From: an uncultured Chroococcidiopsis sp.
Lineage (GTDB): Bacteria; Cyanobacteriota; Cyanobacteriia; Cyanobacteriales; Chroococcidiopsidaceae
Direction of reading: 5' to 3'
DNA: 64,000 bases
Assembly: GCA_964248365.1 (NCBI GenBank)
Contig: CAXTYC010000002.1
Location: 262,547-326,546, forward strand
A program made the position numbers and the translations under genes. Positions 49,223-57,596 of this stretch are shown here, piece after piece. Numbering within the stretch: position 1 is the stretch's first letter; each line of letters starts with the position of its first letter. A model generated the notes under the pieces. The model did no database searches, was not told the DNA's origin, and worked only from the letters and a program-made list of their open reading frames with translations.

Positions 49223-49504
49223 ATGAACAAAGGTGAACTAGTTGATGCTATAGCTGACAAGGCTAGCGTGACTAAAAAACAAGCTGATGCAGTTCTGACA
49301 GCAGCTTTAGAAACAATCATTGAAGCTGTTTCTACTGGGGATAAAGTGACATTAGTGGGCTTTGGCTCTTTTGAGTCACGGGAGCGCAAAGCTCGTGAAG
49401 GTCGCAATCCCAAAACTGGCGATAAAATGGAAATCCCAGCAACGAAGGTTCCGGCTTTCTCTGCGGGTAAGCTGTTTAAGGAAAAAGTTGCCCCCGAAGA
49501 CTAG
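49223..49504 (+). CDS. hup: DNA-binding protein HU
   Basis: MNKGELVDAIA...VTLVGFGSFE.RERKAREGRNPKTG...VPAFSAGK. An AGGAG RBS precedes ATG 49223. Confidence 0.97.
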   Translation: MNKGELVDAIADKASVTKKQADAVLTAALETIIEAVSTGDKVTLVGFGSFESRERKAREGRNPKTGDKMEIPATKVPAFSAGKLFKEKVAPED

Positions 49505-49532
49505 TTATTTTTTAGCGGGGAAACGATATTTG

Positions 49533-50654
49533 ATGCGACCTGTACACGGAGGCAATTTAGCTTGGGCAGCAGCAATATCCGGCTGTTCCCCTGAAGCAAT
49601 TCTGGATTTTTCTGCTAGCATCAGCCCGTTGGGACCACCCAAAAGCGCTCTAGCTGCTATTGGCGCTGGGCTGGACTTGCTTAGCTCCTATCCAGATCCC
49701 GAATATCGCTCACTAAAAGCCGCTCTCAGTCAGGCGCATCAATTGCCTCCAGAATGGATTCTGCCGGGTAACGGCTCGGCAGAGTTACTTACTTGGGCAG
49801 GCTGGGACTTAGCTAAATTAGCCGTGACAATTCTTGTCACCCCAGCCTTTAGCGACTACTACCGCGCCCTGAAAGCATTTGATGCCAAAATTGTACCTAG
49901 TCCACTAGATTTGAAGGCAAGAGGCGAGAGGCGAGAGGCGAGAGGGGAGAGGGGAGGGGCGAGTCTCCCCTGCTCCCCTGCTCTCCTGCCCGTCTGCCCC
50001 CCTGCTTCCAGCAGTGAGCGTGGCTTACTGATAAATAATCCCCACAATCCCACAGGCAAGTTGTTTGCGCGGGAAACAATTTTGCCTTACCTAGAGCAAT
50101 TCGCTTTGGTTGTAGTAGATGAAGCCTTTATGGATTTTCTGCCAACCAATCAAGAACAAAGTCTGATTCCCTTTGTAGAAAAATATCCTAATTTGGTGAT
50201 TTTGCGATCGCTCACCAAATTCTACAGTCTACCTGGACTGAGGGTAGGATATGCGATCGCTCACCCCGACCGACTCCAACGCTGGCAAAAAAGGCGCGAT
50301 CCTTGGGCTGTGAATACTCTGGCCGCCGCCGCCGCAACGGCTGTAGTTCAAGATATAGAGTTTCAAAAAGCTTCTTGGGAGTGGCTACCACCAACTCGCC
50401 AGCAGCTATTGCAGGGTTTATCCCAGATACCAGGATTGCAACCAATAGATAGCGCTGCTAACTTTTTACTGGTAGAGTCAACACAATCAAGTCTTGAGCT
50501 ACAGCAAAAATTACTCCAACAGCATCAAATTTTAATCCGTGACTGCCTAAGTTTTCCCGAACTAGGCGATCGCTATTTCCGCGTAGCTGTGCGCTCAAAA
50601 ACCGAAAACGAGCGCTTAATTCAAGCATTATGGCAGTTGACTACGATGTCGTGA
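49533..50654 (+). CDS. cobD: Threonine-phosphate decarboxylase (cobalamin pathway, class I PLP enzyme)
   Basis: HGGNL, DFSASISPLG, GNGSAE, NNPHNPTG, DEAFMDF and RSLTKFYSLPGLRVGY motifs. The true start is ~49533, not 49362. Confidence 0.9.
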   Translation: MRPVHGGNLAWAAAISGCSPEAILDFSASISPLGPPKSALAAIGAGLDLLSSYPDPEYRSLKAALSQAHQLPPEWILPGNGSAELLTWAGWDLAKLAVTILVTPAFSDYYRALKAFDAKIVPSPLDLKARGERREARGERGGASLPCSPALLPVCPPASSSERGLLINNPHNPTGKLFARETILPYLEQFALVVVDEAFMDFLPTNQEQSLIPFVEKYPNLVILRSLTKFYSLPGLRVGYAIAHPDRLQRWQKRRDPWAVNTLAAAAATAVVQDIEFQKASWEWLPPTRQQLLQGLSQIPGLQPIDSAANFLLVESTQSSLELQQKLLQQHQILIRDCLSFPELGDRYFRVAVRSKTENERLIQALWQLTTMS

Positions 50655-52093
50655 TTATCGGTGGCAGTCCGGCTGGACGGTATGCAGCTGCTATCGCCGC
50701 CCAACTTAAAGCTACTGTTGCTCTTGTCGAACCTGTTTCTAGAGATGGGGGAGAATTAATTCCGAATTCCTCTCACACCCTATCTCACCTAGGGCGGCTA
50801 ACTGGGCAACTAGCAAACGCCAGTCAATTTGGTATTTACTCGAATAACGCTGATTCAGCCAAAAACTACCAATCTATCAACTTTGACCAAGCAATGCAGT
50901 GGGCTATGAGCGTAGTCTCAAATCTAGAGGATCAGAATTCGCCTGCTGTATTAGCTGCTTTGGGAGTTGATTTCATCCAAGGCAATGGTAAATTTGAGCC
51001 ACAACCGCGCCTTGCTTTTGCCGTAGGTGAACGGCGACTGTTAGCAAGATCTTATCTAATTGCCACTAACTCTCGTCCTGCTATTCCAGAGATTGAAGGG
51101 CTGCAAAATACCGACTATCTCACACCTGCTCAGGTTTGGCAGTCCTTATCCCAAACACCACAAGGGCGCACTGTAATCTTGGGTAGCGATCCCACTGGAT
51201 GCCAACTAGCTCAAACCCTGGCGCGGCTTGGCGTAGATGTAACTTTAATTGTCAAGCGTCCCCACATCCTAGCCAAAGAAGATCCAGAAATTGCCCAACT
51301 GGTACAAGCAATTTTGGAAGCAGAAGGTGTGCGCGTCCTCACCTCCACAACTGTGACTCAAGTTAAGGAGATTGGAAACAAAAAGTGGATTCAGGCTGGA
51401 GATGAGGCGATGGAGTTTGACGAAATTTTGGTTTGTGCTGGACAACAGCCTGATTTTGCAGATCTCAATCTAGAAGCAGTAGGTGTTAAACTGCAACGAC
51501 ATCGCCTATTGTTGAATGAAAAACTGCAAACTACTAATCACCGAATTTATGCCTGTGGTGATGCGATTGGCGGTTATCAGTTTGCCAATATTGCTAATGA
51601 TGAAGCTAGCATTGCACTAAAAAATGCTCTATTTTTCGCAGTATTTAAAGTTGATTATCGTCGTATTCCTTGGGTGATTTTTTCTGATCCTCCAATGGCA
51701 CGAGTAGGCTTAAATCAAGTGCAAGCAAGGCGTATATATGGTCATGATGTCTTAATTTTGCGGCAGCATTTTAAGACAGTAGCAGCAGCTCAAATTCAAG
51801 ATCAAATTACTGGGGTGTGTAAATTGATTGTCCGACGCAATGGCATGATTTTAGGTGCTGCCATTGTGGGTTCTGGGGCTGGGGAGTTAATTAATGTAAT
51901 TGCTTTGGCGATCGCCAGCCGTTTGAAAGTAGATGCGATCGCATCTTTAGCCCCCGTCTATCCCAGTTTCTCCGAGATTCTGCACGGGTGTGCTGCCCAA
52001 TATCACCAAGCTAGGCTCAATAGTAACCCCAATTTGCAAAACTTTCTAGAAAGCTTCTTTAATTTCCGGCGCTCTTATAGCAACCCTAAATGA
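50630..52093 (+). CDS. Pyridine nucleotide-disulfide oxidoreductase class I-like flavoprotein (Lpd/MerA-like, atypical)
   Basis: YDVVIIGGSPAG, ATNSRP.IP.I.GL and IYACGD motifs plus the dimerisation domain. The redox CxxxxC is absent. Confidence 0.82.
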   Translation: MAVDYDVVIIGGSPAGRYAAAIAAQLKATVALVEPVSRDGGELIPNSSHTLSHLGRLTGQLANASQFGIYSNNADSAKNYQSINFDQAMQWAMSVVSNLEDQNSPAVLAALGVDFIQGNGKFEPQPRLAFAVGERRLLARSYLIATNSRPAIPEIEGLQNTDYLTPAQVWQSLSQTPQGRTVILGSDPTGCQLAQTLARLGVDVTLIVKRPHILAKEDPEIAQLVQAILEAEGVRVLTSTTVTQVKEIGNKKWIQAGDEAMEFDEILVCAGQQPDFADLNLEAVGVKLQRHRLLLNEKLQTTNHRIYACGDAIGGYQFANIANDEASIALKNALFFAVFKVDYRRIPWVIFSDPPMARVGLNQVQARRIYGHDVLILRQHFKTVAAAQIQDQITGVCKLIVRRNGMILGAAIVGSGAGELINVIALAIASRLKVDAIASLAPVYPSFSEILHGCAAQYHQARLNSNPNLQNFLESFFNFRRSYSNPK

Positions 52094-52262
52094 TTCATTA
52101 ATCTTCCATTATACCTGTCTTGTGTTGTTTGTCCATAGTCCTTTGAAGAATGACTAATAACCTATGATAAACATTGCAAATTGGTATGAGACTTAATTTT
52201 TTAACTAAATTATTTGCTGACAAAAAAAATAAAATTGAATAGCTTTATCTATAGATAATCAA

Positions 52263-53561
52263 ATGGCAATTATTCAAGGTACGTTGGGCAACGACTTTCT
52301 GAATGGGACAGAAGAAAATGATAAAATTTACGGCTTAGCAGGAGACGATACTATCTACAGCTATCAAGGTAATGATTTGGTATTTGGTGATGATGGCAAC
52401 GATAAGTTAATTGATAGTTACGGTGATGACACGCTCAACGGTGGTAAAGGTAACGACAGGCTAGAGGATGGCTACGGCAATGACACGCTCAACGGCGATG
52501 ACGGTAATGATACGATAGTTGGCTACTTTGACAACGGCAATGACACGCTCAATGGTGGTAACGGTGATGACACTCTTGATGGCGGTAACGGTAACGACAG
52601 GATAAATGGTGATAATGGCAACGACAGGCTAGAGGGTGGCTACGGTAGTGACATTCTCAACGGCGGAAGTGGTAATGACTTCTTGTTTGGCTTCCAAACA
52701 TTGGATAACACTAGCCTAAAAGGTGATATTGATACCCTAACTGGTGGAACAGGGAAAGATACATTTGTAGTTCCTTACACTTATGATGACCTTAATCCGG
52801 CAACTGCTGGTACGACTGACTACGCCCTGATTAAAGATTTACAAAAGAGTGAAGATTTTATCCAGCTTACAGGAGCTAAGAGTAACTATTTTCTAGCTCC
52901 ATCTCCTAACGGTTTACCAACAGGTACAGCAATATTTTTTGATAAACCTGGTAGCCAACCAGATGAATTAATTGGAATTGTTGGAGAATCAACAGATTTA
53001 AATCTCAATGCCAGCTATTTCACTACCACTGTTGATGATAAGTTTTCTGGTACACCTGAAAATGATAAGTTTGACGGTGGAGAAGGCAACGATTCTCTGA
53101 TAGGAAATGGTGGAAATGATATTTTGATTGGTGGCAATGGTGATGATACTCTGTCAGGTGCAATTGAGGGCGATCCCTTTGCTGATTCTAATTCAAAAGG
53201 AAAAAATCAAATTGATACTCTAACTGGTGGCTCTGGAAAAGATAAATTTATTTTGGGAGAAGCATTTACTTATAACGGTTCTAAAATTGTCTCTGTTTAC
53301 TATGACGATTTAAGTAATACAACTGCTGGAACGACTGACTACGCACTAATTACTGATTTTAATTCCAGCCAAGATGTGATTCAATTGGGAGGCACATCAG
53401 CTAACTATACTTTGGGTTCATCTCCTAAAGATTTACCAACAGGAACGGGTATATATATTGACAAACCTAATACTGAACCAGATGAATTAATTGCTATTGT
53501 GCAAGGAGTTTCCCCATCCTCTCTGAATCTTAGTGCTTCCTACTTCAGTTACGCTGCTTAA
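52263..53561 (+). CDS. RTX/hemolysin-type Ca2+-binding repeat protein
   Basis: Many GGxGxDxL nonapeptides and two copies of an ~110-aa module (DTLTGG.GKD...TAGTTDYALI.D...LPTGT...PDELI..V...LNL.ASYF). Confidence 0.9.
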   Translation: MAIIQGTLGNDFLNGTEENDKIYGLAGDDTIYSYQGNDLVFGDDGNDKLIDSYGDDTLNGGKGNDRLEDGYGNDTLNGDDGNDTIVGYFDNGNDTLNGGNGDDTLDGGNGNDRINGDNGNDRLEGGYGSDILNGGSGNDFLFGFQTLDNTSLKGDIDTLTGGTGKDTFVVPYTYDDLNPATAGTTDYALIKDLQKSEDFIQLTGAKSNYFLAPSPNGLPTGTAIFFDKPGSQPDELIGIVGESTDLNLNASYFTTTVDDKFSGTPENDKFDGGEGNDSLIGNGGNDILIGGNGDDTLSGAIEGDPFADSNSKGKNQIDTLTGGSGKDKFILGEAFTYNGSKIVSVYYDDLSNTTAGTTDYALITDFNSSQDVIQLGGTSANYTLGSSPKDLPTGTGIYIDKPNTEPDELIAIVQGVSPSSLNLSASYFSYAA

Positions 53562-53625
53562 GGAAATTAAATCATTCATCTATGCTTTGGTAATTGGTAG
53601 TTGGTAGAAAAAAGGGTAGGGGTAA

Positions 53626-53805
53626 CTGAGATCTTGCATCTGTTGCAACGTCCGCCTGCGAATTTAATTCACAGGCTCATAGCAAAAACCCATTAAAATG
53701 GGTTAAAGTCTGTCTACTAGTCTACTTTAGTAGACTTGGGCTATGAGCCTTGAAAACCCTTTCAAGGTGGAGCTGGATGCTGATCAAGAATGCTGCAAGA
53801 TCTGA
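53626..53805. mobile_element. MITE/REPIN-like non-autonomous element with nested hairpins
   Basis: Terminal inverted repeats CTGAGATCTTGCA / TGCAAGATCTGA. The internal stem GCTCATAGC...GCTATGAGC encloses hairpins AACCCATTAAAATGGGTT and AGTCTACTTTAGTAGACT. Confidence 0.65.
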
Positions 53806-53878
53806 CGGTAAGCAATTCGGTTTTACCGCAATACCTCTTACCCTTACCCTAATAATTACCCATTACTCTTTTGAAATT

Positions 53879-55771
53879 TCAAAATTTTTTGTTCTTACTT
53901 TCTTGCAGGGAACTACCCAAACCTTGGAGAATTCCCCTCCCAATCAAGCCAATAGCTCGTCCAACTACTTGTGTAAGTATGTAAACAAAGCCGTTACCCA
54001 AAAATTCTACTACTGCTCGTAGACGAGGAGCGATCGCATCCCGAAATTCTAGGACAAGCGTTACCACTAACCCAATCCCTGAAAGTCTTGCCAGTTCTTG
54101 ACTACGGGGCGCATAGATTGAAGTTTTGGCTATGCCCCGACTGACTAACAAAAACAGTTCATAGCGACTTTCAAAAATATTCTTTGGCTCACCAATATAA
54201 TTTTCTAGGCGATATTTCCAAGATAAATCGTTTCTAAATCGCTCAACTTCCCGTGTAGAAATTAAACGCCTATCGTAATAATTTTGTTTAATTACTTCTA
54301 CATCTGCAAAATGGTTTAATAATGGTTGCACCACTCCATTAGCTAGCTGAATTAACAAATTTTGTAAAATTATTTCAGCCCGTTCTTGTGCCTCTGGACT
54401 ATCAGCCGAAAAAGTAGTATTATAAATAATTAAATCAGTTTGAAAGAGTAAATAAGAAAATAACTCAACAGCTAAAGGAATTTTATTTAAAATTGCTGTT
54501 TGAACAATTTCAGCATCTTGCAACAAAATACTAACAATTTCTAAAGAGCGATCGCCCACTTGCAATGTAGAGTATTTGCCAAAAAAATCATTCGTTGCTG
54601 CCTGCCACAAATCCCGCACAATGATATAACGCATTTGGGCTAATTGACTACTTTGAACTTGAGAAAAACGTAAGTCTGTCAGAATATCCTCTATCTTTTG
54701 CAAAATTAGATTAAGTAATTCTCTTTTTTTTTCTTCCCGTAAAATATCTATTTCCAAAGGCACACGGGTAAGATTTTCAAGACCCCTTTCCAGTTTTTCT
54801 CGTACAGACGCAAATAAAGAAAAGGGGCGAGGGGCGAGGGGCGAGCGAGAAGGGGCAAGAGGATTTTGGATTTTAGATTTTAGATTTTGGATTGAAGAAT
54901 CTCCCCCAGCTCCCCCAGCTCCCCCTGCCCTCTTCTGACTTCTTTCTTCAGATGTAGCCAATAGCTGGTTAACCAACCATCGAGACGCTAATAATTCTCG
55001 TCGTTGCCCGGATAGTATTGCTTGCTCTAGCAGTGGTAGCCCAGGTTGCAGTTGTGTTGTTACCTTAGCCAAGGATATATCTATTTGCCTTAGCCCAGAT
55101 AATCGCAAATGATGGCGAAGTCGGGCAAAGGAATTTTGGATTTTAGATCTCCCCTTGATCCCCCTCCCGTCTCCCTTTTTAAGGGGGAAGCCAGAGGAAG
55201 CTACGCTATTAAGTTCAAGGCGGGCTGGGAGAACCGGATTTTCGATTTTGGATTGAAGTTTCTCCAAGTCCCCCAAGTCCTCAAGTCTTTCGCTTATTAC
55301 CTCAACCCAATACTCTCGCCCCGCTGCTACCTGTTTGATTGCGTAGACTAAATCTGCTACAGGAATACCTTTAGGACAATACCCATCCACCCCACTAGCC
55401 CTCGCTGCTGTAAGTTGTGTAGGTGAGGCTAGGGGAAAAGTAAGTAGCAATACTGGCACAAGGGGGTATTGGGTTTTCAGTTGGCGAGATTGGAGTTGCG
55501 ACAAATCGCTCGACTGGGAGAAATCTATATTCAATCCCAATAAAACTAAATCTACTCTCAACGCGCGATCGCTACTAGCTCTGCTGGTAAGCTCTGATAA
55601 AGCTTGCCCCGCAATAGCGCTGTTTTCTGCCTCGGCTACTACTTGCAAGTCAGGAAATTGTGACAAAACTATTTTTAATCCAGTACGATAGATTTGGTCT
55701 GGATCAATTAGCACTAGCTTAAGTGGGTAAGCTAGGTGATCGCCTAGCTTTGCTGAAACTCTTTCGCTCAT
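53879..55771 (-). CDS. Response-regulator receiver + DUF3685 protein (Ycf55-like)
   Basis: N-terminal REC-like domain (LVLIDPDQIYRTGL...DGYCPKG) and DUF3685 motifs (LENLT..PLEIDIL, ISTREVERFRNDLSW, GRAIGLIGRGILQG). Confidence 0.88.
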   Translation of the reverse strand: MSERVSAKLGDHLAYPLKLVLIDPDQIYRTGLKIVLSQFPDLQVVAEAENSAIAGQALSELTSRASSDRALRVDLVLLGLNIDFSQSSDLSQLQSRQLKTQYPLVPVLLLTFPLASPTQLTAARASGVDGYCPKGIPVADLVYAIKQVAAGREYWVEVISERLEDLGDLEKLQSKIENPVLPARLELNSVASSGFPLKKGDGRGIKGRSKIQNSFARLRHHLRLSGLRQIDISLAKVTTQLQPGLPLLEQAILSGQRRELLASRWLVNQLLATSEERSQKRAGGAGGAGGDSSIQNLKSKIQNPLAPSRSPLAPRPFSLFASVREKLERGLENLTRVPLEIDILREEKKRELLNLILQKIEDILTDLRFSQVQSSQLAQMRYIIVRDLWQAATNDFFGKYSTLQVGDRSLEIVSILLQDAEIVQTAILNKIPLAVELFSYLLFQTDLIIYNTTFSADSPEAQERAEIILQNLLIQLANGVVQPLLNHFADVEVIKQNYYDRRLISTREVERFRNDLSWKYRLENYIGEPKNIFESRYELFLLVSRGIAKTSIYAPRSQELARLSGIGLVVTLVLEFRDAIAPRLRAVVEFLGNGFVYILTQVVGRAIGLIGRGILQGLGSSLQESKNKKF

Positions 55772-56072
55772 CGTGAGTTAATTTTCGCTCACTTGCAGCG
55801 TAACGCAGATCAATTTAAGGGTAAAGAGGAAATCAATTACCAGTTACCAGTTAAAAGAAAAGGGAAAAGGGAAAAGGGGAAAGGCTAAAGGCTGAAGGTT
55901 AAAGGATAAAGGTTAAAATTTCAGACTTCAACAAGCGCCTTCGGCAACGCGCGCGAACACACTTCATCCTTCATGCTTCGCATACAGACGCAATATATTG
56001 CGTCTCTACACACTTCACACTTCATCCTTCATCCTTGATCCTTCTTGTGCTTCCACTATCTACGCGCTTCCA

Positions 56073-56516
56073 CTAGCTTGTAGCCTGTCGATAGCCGTAA
56101 AAGTTAATGCTATATTCAGTGATCCGCACCCCTGTTTGTTTTTCGATTTCCCTGAGTAAACTTTCTGGTAGTTCCACCTCGACATCTAAAATCTGATTGG
56201 TATCTAAGCAGTTTACATGGCTGTGGGAGTCGCTAATATTACCATATAAACGACCATCGGAGCGCTCTACACACTCAATGATTCCCTGACTTGATAGCGC
56301 GTCTAAATTCTGATACACAGAAGTATGACCAATACCTTTACCTTGCTGGTTAAGGCGATCGTAAATTTCTCTTGCTGATAGGTGTTCTTGGGCTTGCCAA
56401 AGCAACTCTAAAATGAAGCGACGCTGGCGGCTGACGCGCATACCTAAAAGCTGACACCGCTCAACAGCATCTTCTAATGATCGAATTGGTTTGACAGCTA
56501 CCGCTTCTTTTTGCAT
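56073..56516 (-). CDS. Fur-family transcriptional regulator
   Basis: GMRVSRQRRFILELL, HLSAREIY, IGHTSVYQNL and HSHVNC motifs. Confidence 0.92.
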   Translation of the reverse strand: MQKEAVAVKPIRSLEDAVERCQLLGMRVSRQRRFILELLWQAQEHLSAREIYDRLNQQGKGIGHTSVYQNLDALSSQGIIECVERSDGRLYGNISDSHSHVNCLDTNQILDVEVELPESLLREIEKQTGVRITEYSINFYGYRQATS

Positions 56517-56877
56517 ATCTACATTTCTTTTACTAAATAGGCAGATAATCGCTTCTACCTCTTGTTACTATTTTATCCACTACACACGAGCAAGTACTGA
56601 GTTGTGGAATTTTCGTCCAGCTAAGGAAATTTTTGCCAACCTAGAGGATGTTTAGTTTCCATCGTCTACTTTCGCTAACACTTACTCATAGCTGCAAAAA
56701 AGATGCTATTGAGAAATTGTGCGGCTTGAGTATGGTTGTTAGTTATACAATTGGAGCTTCAACTCCTTAGTTGCTAAAACAAACTCATTACTACTTTAAA
56801 CTATTTTGACTGTAAGCGTCTACAAACAGTTATCAGTTATCAGTTATCAATTGCAAGTCACTGTCTTCACAACTTCT

Positions 56878-56941
56878 GTACGGGCGGGTTTATCTAAATT
56901 GTCTGTCTGACTACTAGCTTATTTATTAAACTTGCCCCTAC
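56878..56941. repeat. 64-bp REP doublet
   Basis: GTACGGGCGGGTTTA...TAAACTTGCCCCTAC, with the same arms and same length as 14861-14924. Confidence 0.75.
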
Positions 56942-57068
56942 GACTTCCAACTCCTGTCCTCTGTCGTGGGTCGATCTTCGTGGGTCTTCTTGGGTAACAA
57001 TATTAAAAAACACGAAGAGCATCTGTGCTATCTTCGGCGAAGAAGAGCCTGTAACTGTTGATAACTCA

Positions 57069-57545
57069 ATGACAATCACGATCGCGCTTTCCCCTGACAA
57101 TCTGCACAGTTTAGATATTTCCCCAGTAGCAACAGTGATTGAAAATTTGCTGCTTGAAAAATCAGCGATCGCCAGCTACGAGCAGCAGCTATGCTTTGAT
57201 ATTGACTACCCTCGCACACCAGAAGATCCCCGCGAACTCTCAGAAATCCCAGAAGTACGGTTGTGGTTTATTCGGCTCGATACCCGCTATCCTTGGTTGC
57301 CATTTCTACTCGATTGGAAAGCAGGGGAACTAGCTCGTTATACCGCCATGCTCGTACCACACCAATTCAACCGTAAAGAAGGCATCCAATACAATCCAGA
57401 AGCTCTGGAAATTTTTTTGATGCAGAAAATATTTATTTTAACCGACTGGCTGCAACAAATGGGAATCCCTAGCCAATCCCGACTTAAATCAATGGGTCAG
57501 ATTTTAGGCTACGACTTAGACAACTCAATATTTGAAATGTTGTAA
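57069..57545 (+). CDS. CRR6 family NDH-1 (NdhI) maturation factor (DUF1817)
   Basis: DPRELSEIPEVRLWFIRLD..YPW, ELARY.AMLVPHQF and NPEALEIF motifs. Confidence 0.9.
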   Translation: MTITIALSPDNLHSLDISPVATVIENLLLEKSAIASYEQQLCFDIDYPRTPEDPRELSEIPEVRLWFIRLDTRYPWLPFLLDWKAGELARYTAMLVPHQFNRKEGIQYNPEALEIFLMQKIFILTDWLQQMGIPSQSRLKSMGQILGYDLDNSIFEML

Positions 57546-57596
57546 TAGGCAAGAGGAAGCGCGAAAAAGGAGTTGTGGAGTTGTGGAGTTATGTAG

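Noticed and set aside
49362..49532. Long N-terminal extension of CobD overlapping hup
   Set aside because: An artefact of an upstream TTG. Family similarity begins at MRPVHGGNL (49533).
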